DNA of 64,000 bases from Octopus sinensis (taxonomy: Eukaryota): assembly GCF_006345805.1 (NCBI RefSeq), contig NC_043006.1, positions 69,564,001 through 69,628,000 of the forward strand, read 5' to 3'. The stretch's first letter is position 1, and each line of letters starts with the position of its first letter. This document shows positions 12,025 to 23,699 of this stretch, piece after piece. The notes under the pieces are model-generated. The model made no database searches and had not been told where the DNA came from. It saw only the letters and a program-made list of their open reading frames with translations. A program made the position numbers and the translations under genes.

Positions 12025-12680
12025 GGCACAGTTGTAGCTGTGTGGTTAGAAACTTGCTTCCCAACCACATGGCTCTGTATTCAGACCTACAGCATGACAC
12101 CTTAGGCAAGCGTCTTCTACTATGGAAGCACTCCGTCGGTTACGACGACGAGGGTTCCGGTTGATCCGAATCAACGGAACAGCCTGCTCGTGAAATTAAC
12201 GTGTAAGTGGCTGAGCACTCCACAGACACGTGTACCCTTAACGTAGTTCTCGGGGATATTCAGCGTGACACAGAGAGTGACAAGGCCGACCCTTTGAAAT
12301 ACAGGTACAACAGAAACAGGAAGTAAGAGTGAGAGAAAGTTGTGGTGAAAGAGTACAGCAGGGATCACCACCATCCCTGCTGGAGCCTCGTGGAGCTTTA
12401 GGTGTTTTCGCAAGGGCCATTGCGCCTCCACCATCTTCTACTATAGCCTCAGGCCGACCAAAGCCTTGTCAGTGGATTCGTAGACGGAAACTGAAAGTAA
12501 CCCGTTGTATTATCCGTGTATACCTATGCGTGTCTGTTTTTGTGCATGTGTTTGTTCCCTACCACCGCCTGACAACTGGTGAGCCTATGTGACCGTAACT
12601 TAGCATTTGACAAAAGATAAGCAATAGACTAAGTACTGGTCGATGGTCACAGTATAATAACGGAAACAAGTAAAAGATAA
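12025..12680 (+). mobile_element. SINE family A interrupted by a family C insertion
   Basis: Head at 12025-12123. The body resumes at 12434 after the duplicated tcttctactat. Confidence 0.8.
12124..12433 (-). mobile_element. SINE family C (internally deleted) nested in SINE A
   Basis: Nearly identical to 39938-40328. Flanked by 11-bp direct repeat tcttctactat (12113-12123, 12434-12444). Confidence 0.9.
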
Positions 12681-12754
12681 ACATTTTGTTTACTGTTAAT
12701 TTCTTTGTAAATCAGTAACCGCATTATCATGTATTTTAAAAAGAGTCAACTACA

Positions 12755-12768
12755 GCTCCACCTGCTGG
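12755..12768 (-). promoter_or_regulatory. CTCF-like motif
   Basis: Minus strand CCAGCAGGTGGAGC versus consensus CCASYAGRKGGCRS. Confidence 0.35.
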
Positions 12769-13024
12769 TTGTTTCATAATACGAATGACGATATTCGTTA
12801 TGAGCCTCTCAGAGAACGGGAGGCACAGAATCTGTGATCTTTATCGGCCTTCTTTACATTAGCTCTAAAAAGATTGACATTCCGAAAGCAGATTGGCAAA
12901 TCTATTTATTTCACTGCCAGCTTCTGTTGAAGAGTAACAGTTTGAAGCTTTATATTTTCCATTTCTCACAGCATTCGAACTCATATATTCTCTCAAGACC
13001 TTGATAAAAGCCTGCCTGCTCTTC

Positions 13025-13322
13025 CTGCCACTCCATTGGTTACGACGTGAATTTCATTTGATCCCATCAACAGAACAGCCTGCTCTTGAAGTTAAAGTAC
13101 AAGTGGCTGAGCACGCCACAGATACGGGTACACTTAACGCAGTTCTCAGAGAGATTCAGCGTGACATAATATGACAAGGCTGGCTCTTTGAATTACAAGT
13201 GTAACTCATTTATGCCAGCTGAGTGGGCTGGAGCAACGGAAAATAAAGTGTCTTGCAAGGAATCAATCTCACGACCTTATGACTGTGAGTCGAATACCCT
13301 AAACACTAAGCCACGCCTTCAT
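13025..13322 (-). mobile_element. SINE family D (CORE-type, tail shared with family C)
   Basis: Reverse complement gives head aaggcgtggcttagtg and CORE ccttgcaagacactttattt. The tail matches the C tail (gtggctgagcac, cagcctgctc, gttacgacg). Confidence 0.8.
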
Positions 13323-13679
13323 GTGATATTACAGATGAACTGGGACCTCCGCCATTCAACCTGTTTACAGAGCAACAGAATGTGAGCAAATCAAACCCGG
13401 CAAAATTTTTTTTTTTTTTTTTTCATGAGCTTCAGTGGATTTGAATGAAAGATATTGATGAATACGATGAACGAGAATCAATTGAGACCCGTCCAAATTC
13501 TTCGCTGCTTTTAAAGTGATTCTGAGTTTTCAAAGCAATCCATCACGTACAAAAATGGTGAATGACGATCCGTAAAACACCTTTGATCCCAATTGTTTCC
13601 CTTTATAGCTGACCCGAAACTAAACTACAAAGACAACGACGACGACGACGACGAAAACACGCAGAGGAGATTATGGCAA

Positions 13680-13955
13680 AAACACATCAGGACCCAAATT
13701 TATCCATACCCTCAAAAATATAGAATAATGATGGAACATTCTGGTACAATAAACAGAATTCTCGTGAAAACACAACTGGGTTGACATTTTTCTCTGGGAC
13801 AAGAAACAAAAGACATGCATTGTTGTAGTGGTCAGTGGTCAGCTCCCCGAGAACTTCGATGTCTTCTGTAAAGTTCAACAAAACGTGAACATCTTTCGTA
13901 AATTAATGAATAACCTACAACTCTTGCAACCCGGCAATATATTCTTATTTGTACC
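13680..13955 (+). mobile_element. Decayed restriction-like-endonuclease (R4/Dong- or NeSL-type) LINE C-terminus
   Basis: One + frame reads FIHTLKNIE**WNILVQ*TEFS*KHNWVDIFLWDKKQKTCIVVVVSGQLPENFDV...NNLQLLQPGNIFLFVP, resembling WWN...HNRPDIVIWDK..TC..VEVSCP of RLE domains. Confidence 0.6.
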
Positions 13956-13980
13956 GAGTTAAAACCCGAAAATCTTTTTT

Positions 13981-14012
<32 letters not shown>

Positions 14013-14029
14013 ATATATACACCTTATTT

Positions 14030-14376
14030 CTAGTTTCAATCGTTGGACTACGGCACCGTTTTGAAGGGTCTAGTGGAATAATTTGGCCCCATGGCTTCTG
14101 TGTTTAATTCTCCTACTTATTTTATCAGTCACTTTTTGCCGATCCGCTTCGTTCCAGGGACGTAAAGTAACCAACAGCGATTGGCAAGCGCTAGAGTGGG
14201 ACAAACACATACACACACACACACATGATGGGCTTCTTTTAGTTTCCGTCTAACTCGTCTATTCACAAATTTTTGATCGGCTCGAAGATTTGGAAGACAT
14301 TTGCCCAAATTGCCACACAATGGAACCGAACCTAAACCATGTGGTTCGGAAGCAAACTTCTTACCACACAGCCACG
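14030..14376 (-). mobile_element. SINE family A, diverged
   Basis: tttagtttccgtcta, ttgcccaaattgccacacaatggaaccgaacc, ttcttaccacacagccac. Confidence 0.8.
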
Positions 14377-14799
14377 TTAAACATTTGCATGAACTACCGA
14401 CATAAACGGACTGGAATCTTCCAATCCAATTAATTAGTGGCACAAGGAAGGGGAAAAAAGATTATTTTGAGGAATTTTCATTTGTGCGTCGAACAAAAAA
14501 CTTATAAGCAACATTACATATATGCATACTGAGTATACATTCATTTAACCCTAGATATATGCATTCACGCACGCATACACACATATATAAATGCACTTAT
14601 ACATATACACACATACCTTTCTGCTAAGACAAATATATATACATACATACATAAATGCATTTACACATTTACACACGGTTTTCTGCTAAGGCAGATATAC
14701 ATGCTAACATTAGATCACACACACAGTAACACATACATAAAATAAACAGTCACATTCACACATACATATAAGATAATTAAGGACCCTCACATATTTAAA

Positions 14800-14806
14800 C
14801 ATACAC

Positions 14807-14854
<48 letters not shown>

Positions 14855-15355
14855 TATATTATATATATATTTATATATATTTATATATATACACTCAGAC
14901 TCGTGCACAAGCGCCACCTGCTGGCATTTCTATGAATATATTCGAAAGTTATTTATGAATATACATGTGCATGCATATATAATTGTGTGTGTGTACATGT
15001 ATATTTATATATATATATATATACATGCATACATATATGTATATATACACACACATTCATATATAGATATATATCTATATACACATATATACACGCACAT
15101 TCATATACATATCTATATACACATATATACACATACATATACATATATATATATATATATATATACATACAGATATACATGCACATTCACATACGTATCT
15201 CTATACACATATATACACATACATATACATGCATATATATGTATGTATATATATATAATATATATATATATATACATACAGACATGCATATATATACGCA
15301 CATACATAGACATGCATATACACAAACATACATGCATATATGTGTTTTACGTGTA

Positions 15356-15407
<52 letters not shown>

Positions 15408-15500
15408 AACACATGTATATATAACATGACAAGCATACACAAACACACACATTATATACATATATATAAACACACAGACACACACACACACACCACACAC
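14800..15500. repeat. (TA)n/(CA)n/(TACA)n compound microsatellite field
   Basis: Direct inspection. Explains the YI/TH-repeat ORFs. Confidence 0.9.
14911..14925 (-). promoter_or_regulatory. CTCF consensus motif
   Basis: Minus strand GCCAGCAGGTGGCGC is an exact match to the CTCF core consensus. Confidence 0.45.
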
Positions 15501-15699
15501 AAATATACACACAGTCTCCTATCTTACACTTCCAATTGTTTCTCGTTATATCTCGTAGTTTCACGTTCACATTCACCCAGTTAATGTTTTTATCTTGAGG
15601 CTATTATTGTTGCATTCCATATAATCAATGAGGTTGTTTTTGTTTTTGGTGGTGTGGTGGCAAAGCATGGCATGATAGCAGGAGATGCTATGGTTGCAG

Positions 15700-16300
15700 T
15701 GGTAGTATTGTTGATGCTGGTGGAGGTAGTGATAATGGTGGTGGCTTTGTAGCATTAATGATGGTAGATGGTATAACTGTTGAGGTGGCAGTTGTAACGG
15801 TGGTGGTGTTAGTGGTAGTGTTGATAGCTGTGGTGGTGATAGTTGTGGTGGTGATAATTGTGATGGTTTTGGTGGTTGTGGCAGTGGTGGTAGTATTTGT
15901 GGTGGTGGTGGTAATTGTGATGGTCGTGGTGGTTGTAGTGGTGGTGGCAATCGTAGTGGTAGCTGTGGTGATGGTAGTAGTTGTGGTGGTGGTGGTGGAA
16001 GTGGTAATTGTGATGGTCGTGGTGGTTGTAGTGGTGGTGGCAATCGTAGTGGTAGCTGTGGTGATGGTAGTAGTTGTGGTAGTGGTGGTGGTGGAAGTGG
16101 TAATTGTGGTTGTAGTGGTGGTGGCAATCGTAGTGGTAGCTGTGGTGATGGTAGTAGTTGTGGTGGTGGTGGTGGAAGTGGTAATTGTGATGGTCGTGGT
16201 GGTTGTAGCGGTGGTGGCAGTCGTAGTGGTAGCTGTGGTGATGGTAGTAGTTGTGGTGGTGGTGTTAGTGGTGGTGGTTCCTGCAGCAGTTTTGGTGCTG
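15700..16300. repeat. (GGT/GTA)n tract with 81-96 bp higher-order repeat
   Basis: gtaattgtg unit starts at 15911, 16004, 16100 and 16181. Confidence 0.85.
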
Positions 16301-16539
16301 CTTTGATGAATGCCGTAGCAACGGTGGTTGCTGAGAGTTTTATGATAGGGCAGTGATTGACGATGATGATGATGATGATGGTTATTGTTGTTGTTGTCGC
16401 TATTGAGTGATGGTAATGGATATGACATTGTGACGTTGGCGTTGATGGGCGTGTATAGCGATCGTACTGTTAGGTATGATGATACTAGTGAAGACGATGA
16501 AGACGATGACAGGCGACGGCGATAATTATGAATGTGACG

Positions 16540-17090
16540 ATAACGATGAGATGATCACGATGATGATGATGATGAATTATGGTGATGACGATGATGATGA
16601 TTGTGATGACGATGATCACGATGATGATGATGATGAATTATGGTGATGACGATGATGATGATGGTGATGACGATGATCACGATGATGATGATGGTGATGA
16701 CGATAATCACGATAATGATGGTGATGACGATGATCACGATGATGGTGATGACGATGATCACGATGATGGTGATGATAATAATGATGGTGATGATGGTGAT
16801 GGTGATGATGGTGATGATAATGGTGATGATGGTGATGATAATGGTGATGATGGTGATGATAATAGTGATGATGATGATAATGATGGCGATGGTGATGATA
16901 ATAATAATGATGGTGATGATGGTGATGGTAATGATGATGACGGTGATGATGATGATGGTGATGACGGTGATGGTGATGATAATGGTGATGATGATGATGG
17001 TGGTGATGATAACGATGATGATAATGGTGCTGATGATGATGGTGGTAATGATGACGGTGATGATGATGGTAGTGATGATGATCACGGCGA
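16540..17090. repeat. (GAT/GGT)n trinucleotide tract
   Basis: Direct inspection. Gives poly-D/M/H/I ORFs in several frames. Confidence 0.9.
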
Positions 17091-17574
17091 CGTTGTCGAT
17101 ACCGATGAAGATGGTGGACGACGACATTAATGACGAACACCAACGACGATGACGTTCCTGGTCATATAATATAAGGAATTGGGTGCAGTTTATGTGAGAG
17201 CGAGTGAAAGCAGGAGTTGTTTTGTTTCTTTCGTTTTTTTTTGCTCTATTCTTATCATTCAAGAAGAAATGGAGAAGGAGGAGGGGTGTGAGGCGGAGGT
17301 TATGGTACTCTTATACACAGCCATCCATTCATCTATTGATCTAAGAGGTCATGGAGGAGGGTAGGGAAAGAGTTAAAGTGGAGGCTGTGCAACCCTTATA
17401 CATACATACATACATACATACATACGCACGCACAATCCATTCATTCGTCTATTCAGACATGGAGGTATCTATTCATACAATATATTCACCTCATTAAGTT
17501 GAGGTCTTTCTAGGTGTCTATATGTTCTTTCTACTTCCGTTCCCTTTTATTCGCGGGATTTTTTTCCGAAGTTT

Positions 17575-17618
<44 letters not shown>

Positions 17619-17702
17619 GTAGTAGTAGTAGTAAGTGCTCCTTGCTGTTTGTTTTCCCTGTTTCTCTCCGTCTTGTCACCATTGTATTCTCCAATCCAAC
17701 AG

Positions 17703-17789
17703 GAATAGTTTCGACATTATGAAAATATACACGATTCAAATATGGCGGTTTTCAATAACCTTGCGGGAATTCCATGCTTGCATATGTAC
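17703..17789 (+). other. Candidate exon
   Basis: Long pyrimidine tract plus CAG acceptor (17640-17702), and donors GTACGT (17786) or GTATGT (17790). Reads either RNSFDIMKIYTIQIWRFSITLREFHACI or starts MAVFNNLAGIPCLH at 17742. No homolog recognised. Confidence 0.3.
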
Positions 17790-18817
17790 GTATGTGTTTA
17801 AATGTGTATGTATGTGTGTGGAGGGGATTATTGCTTGTGTTCTTATGAGTATAATATGCGTCTACGAGTGAATGTATATATCTATATGGTTAAAGTCATT
17901 AAAAGAAAGAGTATGAGAGAAAGAAGAGAAATGAAAAATATCAAGGCAGATGCATAACTCGGTAGATAGATAAACAGATCGATAGATAAATAGATCGATT
18001 GATAGATATATAAATGATTAGACAATGATAGATTGACATATACGTGAGTGTGTGAGTGAATGTATATATGTATGTGTTTGTGTGTGTGAGTGGGAGGTAT
18101 TTTGTGAAGAGGGGGAAAGACAAAGAGATAAATAGATAAGCAACATTGTTATAAACGCTTAACAGTCTATTTAAGAGGTTTATCTGGGCAGAGTACTTCC
18201 TACTTATGTATTGCGCTCTGTATTTTCTTCTTCTCCAGCATCTGCACTCTATCGCTATCTCTTCTCCTCCCCCACTCTCTCTCGCTATCTATCTAGTATT
18301 TATATAGATGATTATGTCTAAGTATTTATTTGTATATGTGTACACACACTGATATTCATATGTATGCATTGCATTGTACTGTATTCTATGCAGTTGGCAC
18401 ATCTCCGTGTCGCATCTCGACGTTTCAAGTGCTGTATGATCCCTGAGGTAACACCATTAGGTAACATAGACACCTTTCAAAACTTGATATACACAAAAAA
18501 GTAATTCCATACCGATATTACAACAGATGGAATCTCAAAAAGATAGAAAATAAACGATGCTATTCCAGAAGAAGAAGGAAACGTCGAAGAAACGAAGCCA
18601 TAAGTTGGAAACGGCAACAGGCATAGCCTATGTATAACCGAGAAATACAAAATACTGACCCAACAAGCTAATGTCTTAAATAGGGAGGAACGAAACATTT
18701 TTCAGTACATTTGCACAGGAAAGATGTAATATTTCATCTTTTAAATATATCATCCCAATATCAGATAATTTCGTATTGAAAATTGCTTAAACTACGAAAT
18801 AGAAAAGTATTTCAGAA

Positions 18818-18932
<115 letters not shown>

Positions 18933-19311
18933 TATGGAGATTCTCTTTACAATAATAAAATTGCTTTAAAGTGACCGGACCTGAAAAACATAACGACAAT
19001 GTAAGATTTATATCTAGATAGATACATATGCCCCAGAGAGAATCTCTTGAAACCCACGCATTCCATAGAGAATCGATTAGTTCCTATTGAACGTTTTCAT
19101 CAGAATGTAACAACTATGTTACGTAAAAATATCATGCCATACGTCAAACTTCAAATAGCACGATAAACGAATGCACATACACACGTACATACGCACATAT
19201 ATACATATATAAATGCATACATGCATACATACGTTACATTTGTCTATTTATATAAACATATGCATCTCAGTATGTATGCATATACGTATGCATGTATCTA
19301 TGTAAGTTTGA

Positions 19312-19358
<47 letters not shown>

Positions 19359-19411
19359 TACATACACACACATATGTGCATGTGTACATATATTTATGTT
19401 TGTGTGTATGA

Positions 19412-19450
<39 letters not shown>

Positions 19451-19799
19451 CATGTGTGTGTGGTGTGTGTGTTTTAAAGAGTGCATGTATATACATCGTT
19501 AGTTGAAATTTTGTTCGTTGATACGCATCTATTGCCCAAATGGTAATGCTGGAGATTTTGAGATTAGACACTTCACGGATATTTTATTTCGGTTTAGAGT
19601 TTTCCAATACAGTATAGGAATATCGTAATATTGCAATATTATCCACGATTCGGGTCTTTTAATTTGTTTGGTTTCAACTTTTTGTTGATGTAAAGCGACA
19701 ACTTCAGAGAATGTACACCTGTTTAAAGATCGTTAATTGAAGAGAAAGATAGCAAAAAATTATGAACATAAATATTTCTAAGGAACCAAATTCATGTAT

Positions 19800-20045
19800 A
19801 TGGTACTCCGTCGGTTACGACGACGTGTGTTCCAGTTGATCCGATCGACGGAACTGCCTGCTCGTGAAATTAACGTGCAAGTGACTGAGCACTCCACAGT
19901 CACGTGTACCCTTAACGTAGCTTTAAAGGAGATACAGCGTGACACAGAGTATGACAGGGCTGGCCCTTTGAAATACAGGTTCTATACATTTTGCCAACTG
20001 AGAGGACTGCAACAATGGGAAATTAAGAATATTGCTCAAGGATAG
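19800..20045 (-). mobile_element. SINE family D/C tail plus CORE remnant
   Basis: actccgtcggttacgacgac...gaaatacaggt...cattttgccaactgag...gctcaagga. Confidence 0.8.
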
Positions 20046-20072
20046 ATGTACCGAGGAGAACATAAACAAACA

Positions 20073-20230
20073 GGGGATGATGTGTGGTAATAAGCTTGCT
20101 TCCCAGCCACATTGTTCCGGGTTCAGTCTCACTGTGTGACTCCTCTGGCAAGTGTTTTCTACAATAGCCACGGGCCGACCAAAGCATTGTGAGCAGATTT
20201 GGTAGATGGAAACTGAAAGAAGTTCGTGTG

Positions 20231-20266
<36 letters not shown>

Positions 20267-20497
20267 TGTGTGTATGTGTGTGTGTATTTTTGTGTCTGTG
20301 TTTGTGCCCCACCATCGATTGACAACCGATGTTGGTGTGTTTACGTCCCTGTTACTCGGTGGTTCGGCAAAAGAGACCGATAGAGTAAGTACTAGGCTTA
20401 CTAAGAATATGTCCTGGGGTCGATTCGTTTGATTAAAGGTGGTGCTTCATCATGGCCGCAGCCAAATAAGTGAAACAAGTAAAAGAATAAAAGAATA
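20073..20497 (+). mobile_element. SINE family A, full length
   Basis: Matches the 11540 copy along its length. Confidence 0.88.
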
Positions 20498-20780
20498 TAA
20501 TTTATGAAAGACCATGCCTTTCTTTTGCTAGACTCAAATCTCACTGACCACTCATCTGCATATCTTCAGCCATGTAAACAAACATGAGATTTTATTCCGA
20601 CTACTCTTCTCCTTCACTCAGGAACTTTCCTCTTCCTGACGAAGAGACATGCTCGAAACGTCACAAGCTCACCTTTTTTTTTCCAACTTAAACTGAGCGT
20701 CAGCCTAATACATTCTCCGTGTACTTCCTTTTGACTTCTGCTATTCTAGTTCTTATTTTTGTTTTGATTTTCGATTCGCC

Positions 20781-21120
20781 TGCGTAGCTGTGTGGTAACA
20801 AGCTACCTTCCCAGCACATGCTTTCCAGTTCAGTCCCACAGCGTGGAAGCTTGGGCAAGTGTCTTCTACTATAGCATTGAGCCGACCAAAGCCCTGTGAG
20901 TGGATTTCGTAGACGGAAACTGAAAGATTTGAAGGCGGCGAGTTGGCAGAAACTTTAGCACGCCGGGCGAAATGCTTAGCGGCATTTCTTCTGCGGTTAC
21001 GTTCTGAGTTTAAATACCGCCGTGGTCGACTTTGCCTTTCATCCGTTTGTCTGTCCTTGTTTGTCCCCTCTATGTTTAGCCCCTTGTGGACAATAAAGAA
21101 ATAAGGAAACTGAAAGAAGC
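20781..21120 (+). mobile_element. SINE family A 5' half interrupted by a family B insertion
   Basis: 13-bp direct repeat ggaaactgaaaga at 20915-20927 and 21105-21117. Confidence 0.8.
20928..21104 (+). mobile_element. SINE family B (internally deleted) nested in SINE A
   Basis: ggcggcgagttggcagaaac head, cccttgtggacaataaagaaata tail, TSD as above. Confidence 0.85.
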
Positions 21121-21457
21121 CACACGCCATGATATATCGTTAGCCACTACACACATTTTTTCTCTCCTTGTTTTTTCTGTGTCCTTTTCTGTAGGAGAGC
21201 GTAGGTTCGAAACGTAAAAGACTTTTTCTATTCCTGAGCGTTATACTAATACATCTGCTTGTTTTGTACTCCACCTGTCTTCGTCTTTTTTTTTTTTTTC
21301 GTAAACTCTCCCTATATATAAATATGTATATATAAAATGGAGAACTTGTACAAAATTTATAAATAGATGATGAGTAAAGCACTGCCACAGTCGCGATTAC
21401 CCGTCGTTATCCGTAGATTTATTGCAAGAACATCGTAGTGGCGGTTAAGGTAACAGT

Positions 21458-21635
21458 ATTAATAAAATAGATGGATGGAATGAGTAAAAGATTTTATTTA
21501 GAATGACACATGTTTCGGCCCGTTTTGGGTCTCTTCGGGTAGATAAATATTTATTTATGTACCCGAAAAGACCCAGAACAGGTCGAAACATGTGTCGTAC
21601 TAAATAAAATCTTTTATTCCATCTATTTTATTAAT
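21458..21635. repeat. Inverted repeat carrying hammerhead-like motifs in each arm (Penelope-like terminus)
   Basis: Arms about 21458-21541 and 21558-21635 are reverse complementary. Each reads tac-CCGAA(G/A)A-g(a)cc..gg(c/t)c-GAAA-catgtg-TC. Confidence 0.7.
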
Positions 21636-21639
21636 GATA

Positions 21640-21858
21640 TATATATATGTATGTTTGTGTGTGTGTTCGTCCCCTCACCATCGCTTGATAACCGATGCTG
21701 GTGTGTTGACGTTCCCGTAACTTATCGGTTCGACAGAAGAGACCGGTAGAATACGCATCAAGATTACAAAGAATATATCCAAGGATTGATTTCTTTGACT
21801 AACAGGCGGTGCACTTCCATGGCCACAGTCAAATGACTGAAACAAGTAAAAGAATAAA
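21640..21858 (+). mobile_element. SINE family A, 3' half
   Basis: catcgcttgataaccgatgctggtgtg...catggccacagtcaaatgactgaaacaagtaaaagaataaaa. Confidence 0.85.
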
Positions 21859-23699
21859 ACTGTGTGTGTATGTGTGTGTGTGTGTGCGTGCGCGCGCGTA
21901 GTAATATGCTTTATGTATATATGTAATATAACAAATTTGTTGATATTCATATTCGTGTCTAGAATGTCAGTCCCAGAAATTCCACCTCGCGATTAATTAA
22001 CATCGTATGGATGTTCGTCCTTCTTTCTGCATATAACACAAATATTCTCAGACTCCCTGCAGCGAATTATTAACACTGCATTTACTGTTCCTTTACCACA
22101 ACATGCATCGTGTAATAATATACGACTTTATGCAAGATAATGGTAAATAATACACCCGTTAACCATCTTGTTATTCCAGCACCATGCTTTAATATTCACC
22201 CATTTCCTATATCATCTTACTACTACATAATGCTGTTATATAGGTATTTACCTTATTTATACATATTTATACTGATAAATTTTAGCTCATTGCTACACGT
22301 ATTCATTCTACATTTATTTATATGTTTATGTAGGTATGTGCTGTTGTCTGCATAACCATAAATGTGCATAAATGTATATGTACACACACATACATTTATG
22401 TATGTATAACATATATAAAATCAAATACGCGCGCACATACGTATGTTCATATATGTGAACGCATGAATATACTTATTTTCTTGGTTATTCACACGGCGAG
22501 TACAACTTATGTGTTATCCCCCTCCCTCCCTCTCTCTGCATGTACACACACACACGTATAGGTACATTCAAATTTGTGTATGTGTGAGTGTATGTTTGTT
22601 TAAATATATAATCTTCATGGAACAGTGAATCGAGAAACACATACAGCTATGAGTATTTACATACTAATATTTAAAATTTTATGTTTTTCTTCGAGATCTA
22701 CTGTTCCACTATAGAATGATTTAACGCTTTCTTGAAAGTCTATAGACGAAGGTATACATTTGCTGTTCTCATTGACTGAACTGTTTGTATCTTGTGTTCT
22801 AAACTGTACTTGATTAAAATTCTAGTTCTCCTAGGGTTAAACTTATTCACATATTCTCTGTTTCCTGGTTTGTGGCGGTTTTGTTGTATATATTATGCTA
22901 TGCATTTGTATTGCGTGATTGTCCTTCACAGGATTTCTAATTCTGGTAAGAGTTTAGGGGTTTCTAGTTCCTGGACACATACACACGAAGTCAGACAGAT
23001 AGAAATAGATAAATAGTTACGGAGAGAGAGGAAAATTAAATGAAATTAATATATGATATCAAATTTAAATTTTAATCCAGAAGATTAATCACCACCAACA
23101 CCACCATTTTCATCGGCCACACCATCCTCATCATCACTACCACCATCATCACCAACATCAAACTAATCAGCGTGGCCAGCAACACCATTGCCATCACCCT
23201 GATGAGCACCAACCATCAAACCAAGCTTCATCATCATCACAAAAGCATTGAGATAGTTTCTTGTCCAACTTTACGATATTTGATATGAGGGTGTGGTTGT
23301 GTTGAAAGCTTAGAATCCACGTCTATCCAACTGTTAATCTTATTATCTCTGTAGGGTGGGGGTAAGGTGGATTTAATCCAACAATCCAATACTTAAATGC
23401 AGTAAGGATTTTATGCTACAGTTCCATGCCACGACATCGCCAGAACCACACGCTGCATCCGAACGCCACACTACCACACGGAAACCCTATACACCCCGAC
23501 ATCTCTTTGCTGCTAAATCTACACACGCCAGCACAAAAGACAACCACACCACTACACCGCATAAGCACACCCTCATTTCACATAACCGATCACACTACAT
23601 TCCTTATAACCACATCCATTTACCATAAATCCATAAACCAATACGTGATCGGTCGCCCGACCAGAAATAGCAGCAAAGTTATTTTCAAATGGAATAACT

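Noticed and set aside
14953-15584. Long YI/TH/CV-repeat ORFs (also 19221-19571, 37432-38486, 44479-45056, 50180-50747)
   Set aside because: Translations of (TA)n/(CA)n microsatellites, open in several frames on both strands.
16555-17262. Poly-Asp, poly-His, poly-Met and poly-Ile ORFs suggesting His-rich beak or acidic matrix proteins (also 57535-58180)
   Set aside because: (GAT)n tracts lack stops in most frames. No signal peptide or splice context.
18470-18700. Possible RTE reverse-transcriptase remnant (RRRNEAISWK resembling VRQGDxISPK)
   Set aside because: Similarity too weak and frameshifted to support without alignment.
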